A stretch of DNA of 64,000 bases. Origin: Felis catus (taxonomy: Eukaryota). This document shows positions 50,561-62,985 of this stretch, piece by piece. The position numbers and the translations under genes were made by a program. The stretch covers positions 169,074,001-169,138,000 of the forward strand of contig NC_058368.1 in assembly GCF_018350175.1 (NCBI RefSeq). The letters are read 5' to 3'. The notes beneath the pieces were generated by a model that saw only the letters and a program-made list of their open reading frames with translations, searched no databases and was not told the DNA's origin. Position 1 is the first letter of the stretch. The number at the start of each line of letters is the position of its first letter.

Positions 50561-51254
50561 TTTTTAAAAATGTACCAGAATATGAATTCCAGAACTAAAT
50601 ATAGTCCCAATTTGCATGGTACAGAGTGATTTCCACCTGCATTTTCTGTGAGATTCTCTTTGAAAATTAAACCATTAACACAGAGATACGTTATGCTGAC
50701 CAGTATGTCCCTTTGGCTCAGGTCTTTGTTGGTCAGAACTGAGCTGTCTTCAAATCACATAGAATTCTGAGTTTGAGTCAAACTAATTTATATCTCTGTA
50801 AATGTCTTGCTTGGAGATGAGCTTGTTAAAACAATTAAAGGCAGAGCAGATGCAGTAGATCTTTAGAGAAAAAAAAAAGTTCCCAGGATAATGAAAATCA
50901 ATTGGATAATGTTAATGTGGAAATGGCTTTCAGAAATGGTTAGAGTGGTTTATCATATTAGTTGCAGACCTCAGAGGACATTAAGAAAATGTTATGCATG
51001 TATTGGAGTACAGGGAGTCTTTCTGGATCATATAACTTCAGATGCAGATGACCTGTCATTTCTCTTAGATTTGTTTAATTGCTCCAGTGCTCAGAATCCT
51101 ACTTAGTGGTGAAACTTAAGCTTCTTGCATGTGAGGGGCCAGTCAGAAACGTTTTCCTACACTAGTTTGCTGGATCTCAGCAACAGGTCAAAGGCCAGGC
51201 AAGAATTATTGAACATCTCGTATTAAAATTGGAGCCTAGTTCAAGGCCTTGTGC

Positions 51255-51570
51255 TATTGATTATTCCCTCCTTCTCTTCTATCATCAACCTGTTCCTTGT
51301 ATGTGGCTCCTTTCCATTAATGTTTAACATTTTAAAATGCTCGAGGTTCTCCTGCCTTAAAATTTAAATGCCTCACTCCACCCCCTTCTTTTTGTAGTCA
51401 GATTTATTACACTGGCTCCAGTTCCTTACCTCTCCTTCATTCCTCAACCCTCTGTGAACACTACTCTTGCCCAGATCACAAATGTCCCCCTTGTCCTCGA
51501 ATGCAATGGACACCTTTCAGTCTAAATTTCCCTTGACCTCTTGGCCATTTTTGGTGTTGTTGACCTCCTT
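51255..51570. mobile_element. L2 remnant
   Basis: 'cattcctcaaccctctg...actactcttgcccagatcacaaatg...aatgcaatggacacctttcagtc'. Confidence 0.6.
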
Positions 51571-52699
51571 GGGATCTCTCTGGGATGGGGTGGAAGCTGG
51601 CAGGTTGAGGAGGCAGTTCTCCGTGATGTGAGGGAGATTAGAAGAGGTAAGAGGTGTGCAAAGGAAGTGGGAATGAAGGGGATATAAAGATACAGAGTCA
51701 CAGGGCACACATCACCCCTTCACCAGAATGCCCACATTGATCCTAGAAACACTACTCAGCGCCCTGTGCTGTTTGTTACAGGAAGAAAGAATCACAAGTG
51801 GTTTTGTAACACCTACTTTTTTTCTTTCTCCTTAAAATACACCCAATTGAGTAAAGATAAGATGACAGTTTCCAGGCAACACACACAAATAATGGCATCA
51901 TCCTTTTCTTTGAATTTCTGGTAAGTTTATCAAGCATAATACGCTATATTATAAGCAAACTCTTTTTAGCTGCTGAAACTAGTCAAGTTAGCTATCATCT
52001 TTGTGTCCCCCTCCTCTTCTCTCCAGCCACATATCCTTCTTCCACATCAACCCACTACCAGCTTCATCAAATTCTATAAATATAACTTCTTGATTTATAG
52101 ACTGTGCCTTCATCCTTTCCAATATGTTTGTTTCTACCATAATACTCTAGCCATGACTTCTATCCAAGTAGCTTTCTGAGGTGCCTAGAATGGCAGTCAG
52201 GGATTTGTTTTCTTTACAGTTTGCTTTTTTAATTTCCTATACAGAGCTTTCAGCATGTAGATATAAGAGGCCATAAATGGTGTACTTATGGTGGTGTTCT
52301 TTGCAATCTCCTTCTCATTTCCTCCTAAGCACTTAAGTAGCCATTTTGTGGCTGTGCCTTTTCTGTGTAATGCTTATCGTTGAGCAGCTCTCTCTGCTAG
52401 GAAACACTTCTTACACACACAGTGGTGCCTAAAGTTTTGGTTGAATCTCAAACCGCTCCCCACCTCTAGTGACTTTCATTCTTCCTTCCTGGGTCTGCCT
52501 TGTGCTGCTACTCAAGACCACCTGTGTGTTCATCTAGAGTGCTGTCTGATTGTTTAGATTGTTCTACTGATGGGTCACACGATAGTGTGTAAGGTGAGTG
52601 AAGACTGATGTCATGTCTTCATTTAGGGCAGGCCACCTCAAAGCACTCCCTCTTTGTTGTTACAATAAAGGAATTTTTTTTTTACTCTGATTAAAATTT

Positions 52700-53200
52700 A
52701 AAAAAAATCCAAAGACTTTACAATGGCTTATGAGGCCATTATCCTGTGAACCCTGCACACACCTCCTGCTACTCTCCCCTTTCACTGTTCTCCAGCCACA
52801 CAGCCTTCCTCATGTCCCCAAATAATCCAGAGACTCTCCTTCCTAAGGAACTTTGCTCTCCATTCCCTAGCCTGACTGCTCTTCCTCCTCAGTTCCTACT
52901 GGGCTTACTCATCTCCACCAAGTCTGTTCAAATGTGATCCAAGTCTGCACAACCTGCACACTCTGTCTCAGAACTCCCAATGGCCCGAATTCTTGCTCTG
53001 TTCTTTTGTCCATAGCAAATGATATAATTTACTTATTTGGTAAGGTTATTGCTTATTGTATGTCTTCCAAGTGCCTTTCCAAGAGGGCAGTGACATCTGT
53101 ATCTTCATGCTCTATATAGTGCATATCCCAAGTGGTGAGAAAATGTCAGGTACATAGTAGGTACTCACTTTTTTTCATTATTATGTGAATAAGTTAATGA
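52700..53200. mobile_element. L2 3' remnant
   Basis: 'ctccagccacacagccttcct...tgtcaggtacatagtaggtactca'. Confidence 0.6.
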
Positions 53201-55565
53201 GAGGGAATATTAATGAAGTTAATGGTTGTCTTTTCTTTTTCTGACAAGTCCAGCTCTGTCTAGTATCTTCATGCTTGTTCACAGCTCAGAGGAAAATTAG
53301 TGCTTGGAAAATGATTAGAGTTTCAATTGCCAGAAACTATAATTTTGACAAAGGATTTTGTGGTGGGGCGGGTCTGAAAAGGAGGAGTGAGTGGCACCAC
53401 AGGTGAAAAAATGAGTTGGAGGGATATAGATTCAGGAGGTAGCTGTAAAGGGCAAAGCAGCAGAACTGTGCACAGATCCACTAGAATGGCGGACAAAGGG
53501 GAGGGAGCAAACCAAAATGAACTCAGTTTCTTGTTTGGAAGCATCCCAGGCAAGGAAGTTTGATGCTGCTGCATTTGCTCTGAGTTGTAATACTGTTATG
53601 ACAGGAGTGCAGACCTCAGTCATGCTAGCAGAGCTAGAGCAAGAAGGCCAAGAGACCGTGTCAGAGAACAGGTCCAGAGAACAGCTGACTCACAAAGATA
53701 AGAACATAAGAGAAACATATTTGTGATTGTCACACCATGTTTCCTCCTGGAGGTGAGTGAGTTATGGTATTAACAATGAACTCATCTAAGAGTTGCCCTC
53801 ACTCCTTCCACCCTCTGGGCTACAACTCATCACTCTCAACTTCCCAGAACTGGGAATGAGAGCTTTACTGAACAGTGAGTTCAGCCAACAATTCTGGAGC
53901 AGCTTCTCTGCGCCAGGCCTGTGCTGAGTCGTGTGAGACACGAGAGGGCAATCAGTGTGGTCACTGCCCTCAAGATACTTCTCATTGAGGGAGAAGACCA
54001 GTGTGTGTGCAGATAATCAATATAATGGCCACTGACAATGGTAATAAAAAGCCTTTAATCTGACTGTTGGGAGGCTGTTTCTATTTGGAAGAATCAGGGA
54101 AGCTTTGGTAGAGAAGGTGGAGGCTAAACTCAAATAGGAGAATAGGTGGGACCTTGTGGGCGATGGGCAGCACATTTTCGGCAGAGGGGACCACAAGGGA
54201 AGAGACATAATTTTGGAACGGGAAAGTATGGACATGGCAGATTTTTATTCAATACAGTACATATGTACTCCAGAAGCGGTAGCAGACAATAAGGATAGAG
54301 AGGAAAGGAGCATTCAAACTGGAGAGGAACCCTGGCAGCAGTGACAAGTCATTGTATGTTTTTGAGCAAGTGTCTAGATGGATCAGAGTGGAGTTTTCCC
54401 TTACATGTTGAGAAGTGGAGACTAAAAGGAATCCCTGGGGAAAGAGCCCACTGAGTCCTGAATCATTATCAGGACTGAATCATTATCATGATAGACATGG
54501 GACATCAGAAGGTAAAATAGAATACTGTATTACAGAAGTGAGAAGGCTGTTCCCTGTGCTCCAGGTTCTGGAGCACTACATCCAGGCCTTTCTCTGGACC
54601 TTCCTCAGGCAGGAGGCCACAGGAACTAGGGCTGAAGAAAGCATACCCAGGCCCAGGAGAAATAGCAGTCATCTATCTGAAATTCATGTTTCCTGAATAG
54701 ATTTTTTACCTCACATTGTTTCTGCCAGCTTGCCAATTTCTTTTTCTGGTTTTACATTAAGTCAAATTTTTTTTTAATACAACCTTTAAAAGGAAACATA
54801 ATAGACATACCAAGTGAAAAATATGCAGAAGGGAGCTGTAAATCCTATTTCTAAAAGTAGTAAGATAGAATAATCACATCCATTTGAGAATCATGGTCAC
54901 AAAGGCATCATCTAATGTCTGATTAGATAGTCTTCTTCAAGAAATAAATATAAATGTTGACAATTTTGTTGCTTTCTGTGCATGCCATCATAGGCCTGAC
55001 TTCTTCAGAGGTTACAGGGCATGAGTAGAGAAATTGCTCTAAAAATAATCCTCTGTCATTTTTCAATTTCTAAATAAAATTGGTTACTTGGCTCAGAGAG
55101 TGCTGCACAAGAGATAAATCATTTTTAAGAAACATTGAACTGCTATTAAATTTTTTTCTTTATGTGGTAGACATTCTCACGTTAAAAATAAATATGTACT
55201 TTACAAATTAAAGCATAGCAGGAGCATTTGTTCTATCAGAGTTGACAAGAAAACATGTTTAAAGGAGTATACCATCTGCTTCTCTGCCTTATGTTGACAC
55301 GTTCCTGTTCCTTCGTATGTACCTACATGCCTCGATGTACATCATGTATTAATAACAGACAGTGTGACAGATGCTCCCATTTTTGCTGCTTTTGGAAAAA
55401 ATGTAGCAGATTGTATTCAGATATTCCATGATTATATTGTCTCATTTTGAACAATCACTGCAGACTTACGCTGTTCTATAAGTAGCCAAAGCTAAGCACC
55501 GACCCATGTCTTTTCACCTTACCTGGGAACACTGGCTGTGGAGCTGTATTTTAAAACCATGGAGG

Positions 55566-55937
55566 TTTTGTTAGTCCATTCGGGATGCTATAACAGGATA
55601 CATTTGTGTGAGTGGCTTGTAAGCAACAGAAACTCATCTTTCACTGTTCTGGAGGCTGGGAAATCCAAGATCAGGGCGCTAGCAGATTCTGTACCTGGTG
55701 AGAGTCCACTTTCTGGCTCATGGACTGCTATTTTCTTTCTGTGTCCTCACATGGTGGAAGGGGAAAGAGAGCTCTGTGGGTTTTTGTCTTTTTTCCCCAT
55801 AAGGACACTAATCCCATTCATCAGGCCACAACCCCATGAACTCCAGAATTCCCAAAGGCTCCACCTACAAATACCATCCCACTAGGGATTAGGATTCAAC
55901 ATAAATTTTGTGGGGACACCTCATTCAGTCTATAGCG
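55566..55937 (-). mobile_element. MaLR solo LTR (MLT1A-like)
   Basis: 'ttagtccattcgggatgctataaca...gttctggaggctgggaaatccaagatcaggg...cattcagtctatagc'. Confidence 0.9.
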
Positions 55938-56984
55938 AATGTATACTAGCCTTGTCTGGCCTCCTGAGACATCTTTGTCTCTCTTCTGCAGAAGGCCTTA
56001 ACAGGAATTTGGGGTTTTAAAATTTTTACATATTTTGATTAACTGCCGTATGTCCAGAAATACTTCATTCTTAATTTTAAATACTATGTATATGCTTAAC
56101 ACCCCCCTCCCCCCCACACACACACCACGATGAGGTTGCATTTTTCCTTTAATATATTTAGCTAAAGTCCATAGGGCCATCCCAGTACTTGAGGTAAAAT
56201 CCAATTGGAGTTTGCCTTCAATCAATGTCCACATTTGTTTCAGTAATACCACTCAGTTCTCCTCACACACATCTTTGTCTTTTCACAATACGTTTTTGGA
56301 GTGTTGCTACTTAGTTAAAAAGCAATGCTTAATAAGCTTTACTGGTTTAATACAATTCCTACATAGAAGCTCAGTATGTGTCTGTTGGTGAGAATCTACA
56401 GTTGGTTTGACAACTCTGCCCCTCCACAATGTGTGGATATTTTATAATGTGTTATTGGGTTCCAGCTTATTTTGTAGCATAATGCACTTATTTGCTTACA
56501 TTAAGTGTTCTCTGTTTACATGCAATCAAAGTTTTATTTTCCTTTTAGTGTAAACAGTTTTGATGAACGTAATGTATCCTTCAGTTAAATGTGACATTTC
56601 CCTGTTTCCCTTCCAGCTTGTCTGACCTTTTACATATCCACTGAATACTGCTCTGCTGTAGGACATGAACAGCCCTTCCCATGGCATGATGAATCTAATC
56701 AAAGGTGTGTCCTTAGGGAACGTGGAAATATTGATGCTGATGTTCCAGGAGGAACAGGGTGGTTCAGGAAACTGAAAGGAAGCAGGAATCAGAGAGCACA
56801 GGCCATTCTCAGGTGTGTGTGTTACTAGGAATATTACCTGAGTAACTTACAGCCCGAGTCCAACAAACATGGCCTTCACATTTTAAACACTCTTTACCCT
56901 TCTGGGTGATGTGCAGTAGAGTCCAGAAGCTGCCATAAAGAAAAAGGGAACTGCTAGGGAGCTCCCTCTCTTCCCTCCCTCTAG

Positions 56985-56985
<1 letters not shown>

Positions 56986-57032
<47 letters not shown>
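56986..57032. repeat. (CA)n microsatellite
   Basis: Directly visible in the sequence. Confidence 0.97.
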
Positions 57033-57038
<6 letters not shown>

Positions 57039-57267
57039 GGTTAATAGAAAAGACAGGTGAAAATTGGTCCTGTGTTGTTCCTAGGAACAAGTTAGTATCA
57101 AAGTGGGGAAGTGCAAAGAGACCAATTTTAGCATTATAATAATGGTATTTAATTTGTACGTAGATTTTCTCACTAATGGAATAAATGGGCTTGGGAACTC
57201 TACGGTACTGATGTTTCCACAGGAACCGCTATGTTCTTCTCTATTGGAGGATAAAATTGACTGAGAT

Positions 57268-57420
57268 CAGTGGTTCTTAGAGCTGGCTATACAGAACTGA
57301 GGATTTCTGAGCCCTATATCAGACTTACTAACCGGAATAACCAAGGGAAGGTCCTAAATATATATCCTTTTATAAACGCCCCAGGTGGCTCAGATGTGTA
57401 ACCTGCATTGGAAAGCACTT
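57268..57420. mobile_element. MER5-like (hAT-Charlie) MITE
   Basis: 'cagtggttctt...ccccaggtggctcagatg...ttggaaagcact'. Confidence 0.7.
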
Positions 57421-59943
57421 GTAACATAGAACTCTCAGATGCCATTCCAAACTGAATTTCTACTCACATATCCACAATGATTGCAACTGCAGTAACAATC
57501 ATAAAAATAATACCTTTGTCATCAGATATCTGATACTCTTTCTGTGCCCAAGCATTACTTTTCTCCATCTTGGGTTTACTTTCAGCCAGGATCTCTCCAA
57601 GGGATGATAAACTGACACATGGTTCCTAGCCAGGGTTCCTTCCAAGTAATATTCATTTGCCAAAATCTTATATTTCCCACAATATGAATAGAGGCATGAA
57701 ACTAAACGGGATTTTTTTTTAAGAATTATGTGCTGATAACCTGAGAATAGTGCAGGACAAAATAAGTTTGGGTAGACACAAAGACAAACACTTTGTCACT
57801 GAGTCATCACACCTGGAATATTCTACTGTGGATAGATGCAAACATTCCTTTCCAGGAATCTCTTGAAATCATGTGTGGTCCTACATGTCCAAGAGGACTG
57901 AGTCCTGTCTACAGGTCAGAGATTCTTGCCATCCTAAATTTTGTATTAACTTTCAACCCCCAAATGAATCTACAATTCCAATAACTTTTTAAGGGTCTAG
58001 CTTCAGTGTCTACCTGTGAGAGGGTGTGTCTGTACCTGATAGCATGGGTTGTAATAGTGGCCCCAAGTCCTGATTCCAGTTTTCACAAGGAGCCTTTGTT
58101 TTCATTGTTTTTCTTTGAAAATGGCACAGGAAGGTGATTGGACTTTTGTAGTTTTTTGTTCATTCTTTTGTTTATTACTTAACTTCCCTCTACAGAATGA
58201 GAGAATTAAATTTGTTTGACTGGTTCAAGGATGTATCTCCAATACCTATAATTTTTGTTGAATGAATAAATAAAATAATTGTTTTTACAGCTGGAAACAG
58301 AAGGGAGATCAGTGGCCAAATTGTGGATGCTTCTTACCTTCTCTGTAGAGACTTTGCATGCACTTGGTCCACCTGACCAAACACAAGGTCTCTTCCCTTC
58401 TGGGGAGAGAAACTCCAGACAGGCTACTCCCAGAATGATGAATAGCAAAGAGAGTTTGTGGTCTGAAAGCTGTGCTTGCCTTGGAAAGAGGTCATTTGGT
58501 TGAGGTCATTAGCTTCATCAAACTAAGTCATGGACGACTGAATACCATCCTGCCAGGAAGTTGGAAAGGTGTGAGTGGTATGCAAAGTGTGAAGGGCTGT
58601 TCACTGCATAGAACATCTAGGTGCTCCATGGAAATGCCCAAGAAGCTCCACGTTGTGAAATCAGCGAATTGAAGATAGATGTTTAGTGAGCTAGAGTCAG
58701 TGGAAAGTAATTTCCCAGGTCAACCAATTAGAGGCCTTTTCAATCTCCTCCTCCTTTGGCTTTCTTATTTATGTTTATTGTCTACAAAAAGATGCTATTC
58801 TCTCATTTCCCCATCTTCTTCCTCTTCTTCAGTACACGTGATATAAAGGACATTATTACATCTTATTAAAACTTCACCCAATGTTCAGACAATGCTCTAT
58901 CTAAGTATTCTTCTGTGTTTGCAAGCTGCATGTTCATATAGTCATCTATAGATACCAGGTAGCCTTTGTACTCCATTCCTCACTTGAGTTTCTCCATTAC
59001 TGGCTCCCCTTTAATCCACTGAGAAAAGGCCTAGGATTGAGGGGCAAATTCACAGCGACTACATACAAATGCTGCGGGCCACTGGCCACCAACCCAGCTG
59101 CCATTCATCCCTCATGACTGGAACAGCTATGGCTGGAATCAAATCCTCCTTTTGCTTTCCCATTTATCTGTATTAGTAACATTTTCTTCTTTGGACACAT
59201 CAATGTTGCAAATGAAAAATATTTCACTGCTTTTTCCTATAAAATTCCAATTTTTTAAAACTACCTTGCTATTTCTAAGATGGTATTTGACAGAGAACGC
59301 CCTGTCATCACAGGGATCAGTTGCAAGAGTGATTTAGGTGGGGGCCTGAGAGCCAGGAAGGGAGAGTTTGGAGACACCATTCCACAGGTAACCTGTCTTC
59401 CCTGGGAGCTACCAATTGGCCTTCACTGCACCAGCTCAGATATTTTTGGATCCAACATTCTGTAATTCACACTTAAACAAGAGACAATGGAATGAACATC
59501 TTGAAGGTTTTAAAGAAGAATTTCTTTTGCCACCTACCATCTAAACATGACAGACCAAATCTTCTGAAGAGTTTTCAACACCCACAGCCTGGCAACTCAG
59601 AGTAGAAAAAAAACTCATGCACAATATACACTTTGAAAAGTATTTTTAGTTTCTTCCATGAAGTGACATTTGATTTTACTCTACTTAAAAACATTTAACT
59701 GTCAGCAATGGTTCATGTCTGCTAAATTCTGTAATTCCTGTGAACAACTTGCTTAGTTCTTCCAGACAATGGACAGCTTCATCCTAATTTGTTTGCCCAA
59801 GTTGTGGCAATTTGGTGTGGTTGTGAAACAATGGAAGTTTACCAAGGGAAGTGGTAGCATCTGCTCTCCGAGGACAAACAAGAGCCCAAGTCCTAATCTA
59901 GAATGGGATACATTTAGATCTACCCAAGTTGGTATATATGAGA

Positions 59944-60320
59944 TATATTAGTGTCTTTGGGGGAAAAGTGGCAGATCCAAAGTGGGTAATTTGAGAGCAG
60001 TTTTAAAAATGGATTACTTAACAATGGTGTGGCAGAATTTGGGGAGCTAGTGAGGAAATTCCCAGGGCTAGAAACAGCAGAGAGTTACCACCCCTAGGCT
60101 CTAGATGGATGAAACAGTTTAGAAGCTCAGAAAGAGTAGCAATATAAAAAGAACTTCCTAGTCCAGACCTCACTCTCTTGCCCATCTTCCAGTTTCCTGC
60201 GACTGCCTCTCATTGGCCAAACCTGTCAGAAGTCAGATGACAAAGGGGCACATTGATTTGGCTTCCTGCAGTGGGGTGGAGAAGGGTAGACAGTGGATTC
60301 CAGGGCAAATAGAAGATGTG
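59944..60320 (-). mobile_element. Old ERVL/MaLR-class LTR (LTR33-like)
   Basis: 'gtgggtaatttgagagcagttttaaaaatggattacttaacaatggtgtggcag...cattggccaaacctgtcagaagtcag'. Confidence 0.55.
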
Positions 60321-60759
60321 CAGTAGATGGAGATTTAGGGAGACAAGGGTAATCAACTGAATGCTCTTATTCATCCCTTTGTCCATTCTTTGATTCATCA
60401 AACATATATTTGTTAAACACTGTCTATACTTGAAAGCACCTTGGAGAATATGGGTGAAGGATGATGAGTGATCTGTCAAAGAGCTTTTATTTTTTTATTG
60501 AATGTGGAACATTCAAATGTTCTAAAACAAAACCTCGCCGTGAATAGTAGTAGGGCAGAGAGTATCCGAGACGGGGAGTCAGTGTGGGCCCTGAGAGAAG
60601 GTAGGCTCAAGGGAAGCATAAGAGGATTTTAACAGGGCTTTGTGGGACTCAAGGGAGAGTCCTAAAGTCATTAGTCTCCACCTCAGTACCTCTGTGGAGT
60701 GATGGACTGGCCTAAGGATTTCTCAGTGAATTCTAGGACTATACAAAAATTAAATATAT

Positions 60760-60990
60760 ATACCATTTTTTATTGAGTCCTTATCATGTGTTATGCATTT
60801 CACATATAATATCTCATGGAAGCCTTACAATGACATTGCTGAAATGGATCTTATTTTCCGTATTTTATGTAGGAGAATAAATTAAACTTCAAGAGGTAGA
60901 GTGACTTATCTAAGGCCAGACATCTGGTGGTAGAGGAACTGGGATTCAAAGCCAGGTATCTCTGACATAAAATGCCAAGCTGCTAAACCT
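60760..60990 (-). mobile_element. MIR remnant
   Basis: 'gtgacttatctaaggccagacatctggtggtagaggaactgggattcaaagccagg'. Confidence 0.7.
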
Positions 60991-61199
60991 CTTTAAATCA
61001 TAAGGACAATAAAGGACTCAGCAGTGGTACTTGTCTTGGGAGTAAACATTCTCCTGGTAACACCCCAGTGCATTCTCAGAAAACTGGTAGCTAGAACTTT
61101 CCCCCTATTTTAAGAAGCTGCTTGACTTGTATAATAGGTTATGTTTACACATAGGCATAGCTTGGCCTCTGAATGGAAGTGCTATTGTATTCTTCCTAT

Positions 61200-61690
61200 G
61201 GACTTCTCATTATGCTTGGAATTAATTCTATCCACTATACAGACAAACGATCTGGCCTCTCCTACCTCTGATTTTATCTCTTACAACCCACCACTGTCTC
61301 ACTCTGCTCTAGCCACACTGGCTTTCTTTCTGATATGAACAAATCATGCTTCTCTCACCATAGGTTATTTGCCCTAGGTGTTCTCTCTGTCCAGAGTCCT
61401 CTCCCCACAAATCTTCACAAACTGGCTCCTTTTGTTATTTACTCTCAACAGAAATGTCAGAGATTCCTTTTCTGGCCATGCCCCATAATGCCCTCCTACT
61501 CAATCTCTAGAACATCATCTTGTTTTATAATCACTGTAACACTCATCACTATGTAATATTTCTTGTTGGTCCATTTACTCTGTCCACAGGAGGGTTGGAA
61601 ATTCAGTGCCTTATCCAATGCTAGACAACCCTGTGTCTTAGATATAGTGCCTGGATCCTTAAATGTTTGCAAATGAATGAATAAACTCAT
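61200..61690. mobile_element. L2a 3' remnant
   Basis: 'tctctactctgctctagccacactggc'-like segment and a terminal 'aaatgtttgcaaatgaatgaat'. Confidence 0.7.
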
Positions 61691-61929
61691 TGAAATGAAT
61701 CCTGGTTCAAAAAGAAAAGTAGTAACAGGATGGTATATTTACTCATTATTTAATATCACCTGACTTTCAGGTATTATTTCTACTTCTAATTTAAGATGAG
61801 AAAAGTGACATTTAGAGATTCCCAAGGTCAGGCCAGCAACAGAAAAGGACTACAACATACCCTTTTGATTCCAACTCTATTGAGCTTTCAAAGCCACTAT
61901 TGTGTTTGTATGAGTTATGGCCCCCAAGT

Positions 61930-62270
61930 AGTCTTAAGTGAGGCAAAGTCTGATTTTTTTTCTCTCATGTGTTAGTATAGAAGTGATCGTGTCTGCCAGA
62001 TGGAAGATGTCATCTCTGGCTCCAGCCTGGCTGTTCCATTTATTGCTATTTCCTTGCCAGAATAAAGGGGAAAGCAGGAGGGGAGGGCCACAGCTTCCTT
62101 GTGAAGACTTGAACTGGAAGTTGTACTCATAACCTTCACCAGGGCTACAAGGAAAGCTGGTAGATGTAACAGCTGGTTTGGAGATTGTGTGCCCAATTAA
62201 AATTTGGCAAATTCTATTCATAAAAGGAAGAAAGGGTGACTGGATGTGGAGGACAGTAGGCAAACTTTTA
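61930..62270 (-). mobile_element. Old MaLR LTR (MLT1J/K-like)
   Basis: 'ccagggctacaaggaaagctggtagatgtaacag...gactggatgtggaggacagtaggca'. Confidence 0.5.
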
Positions 62271-62427
62271 GGCCTTATAATAACTATGTTAGATAGTCAT
62301 CTGTACTATCTTCATTTTACATATGGAGAAACTGGGGCTCAAAGAGATTAAAGATCATACCATTAGTCAGGAAAAGGGAAGAACCCATGACAAGATTCCA
62401 TTTTACTCTCCCATTTCATCATTATCA

Positions 62428-62527
62428 TCTCTCTCTCTCTCTCTTTCTCTCTCTGACCCACTCCCCCAACACACACACACTATACCACACCACACCACAC
62501 CACACCACACCACACCACACCACACCA
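62428..62527. repeat. Compound microsatellite (CT)n-(CA)n-(CACAC)n
   Basis: Directly visible; about nine CACAC units at 62484-62527. Confidence 0.95.
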
Positions 62528-62859
62528 TGGCTCAGTGTTCTGTGTTTAGATGGGATTTACTTCATTTTCATCCTTGGAATGTAATTCAGCCTTGATCTGT
62601 TGGAGATAATTCAACAAACAAGGACAAGGAAGGAAGGAAATGAGTAGAGATGAGAGTAGAGGGTCTGGCTAGACCCAGTCTAACCCTCTCTGCAGTAGAG
62701 CTTGCCTTCTCCTAGGTACATTTGGTTCTTGGGGAAGCTGTCTCTGGGGACAGTGTGTCTTGGTAAGTCAGGACCTGGATCTTGGATAGAGGGTCTTTGT
62801 AAATAATGGGCCAGGAGTCCCTGACTCCCAAGCAATAAGAATAAACGGGCCATTAGTAG

Positions 62860-62985
62860 GTACAGTGGGCACATGTCCTTGTGTACTGGGATAAACCTTG
62901 TTTATAGCTATGTCCCAGTGTACTTATTACAAGTGCCCCCCTCAGAAGTGCCCTAATTTTGATGATAAATTTTATGGTCCCCGTA
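62860..62985 (-). mobile_element. MER94-like hAT-Blackjack MITE
   Basis: 'gtttatagctatgtcccagtgtacttattacaagtgccccc...ttttgatgataaattttatggtccccgta'. Confidence 0.65.

Larger units (their letters stand above)
48250..51250 (+). pseudogene. Fossil hAT-family (ZNF862/Tip100-like) transposase, heavily degraded and interrupted
   Basis: Colinear degenerate motifs from my hand translation: LWGASTQCAS (49303; ~LVGxxTDGAS), GLVISKIQ (49344), HDVLH..NHAASD (49409; ~HCVAHRLxLA), RKLENI (49600), FLLHWCRSCLNP (49709), IFNPA (49950), and LSEMVRV...CIGVQGVFLDH..SDADDLSF (ORF 50891-51106; ~hAT C-terminal dimerisation domain). The 48250-48320 segment is weaker. Confidence 0.65.

Noticed and set aside
62323-62595. 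His/Thr/Pro-repeat ORFs
   Set aside because: They are translations of the compound microsatellite.
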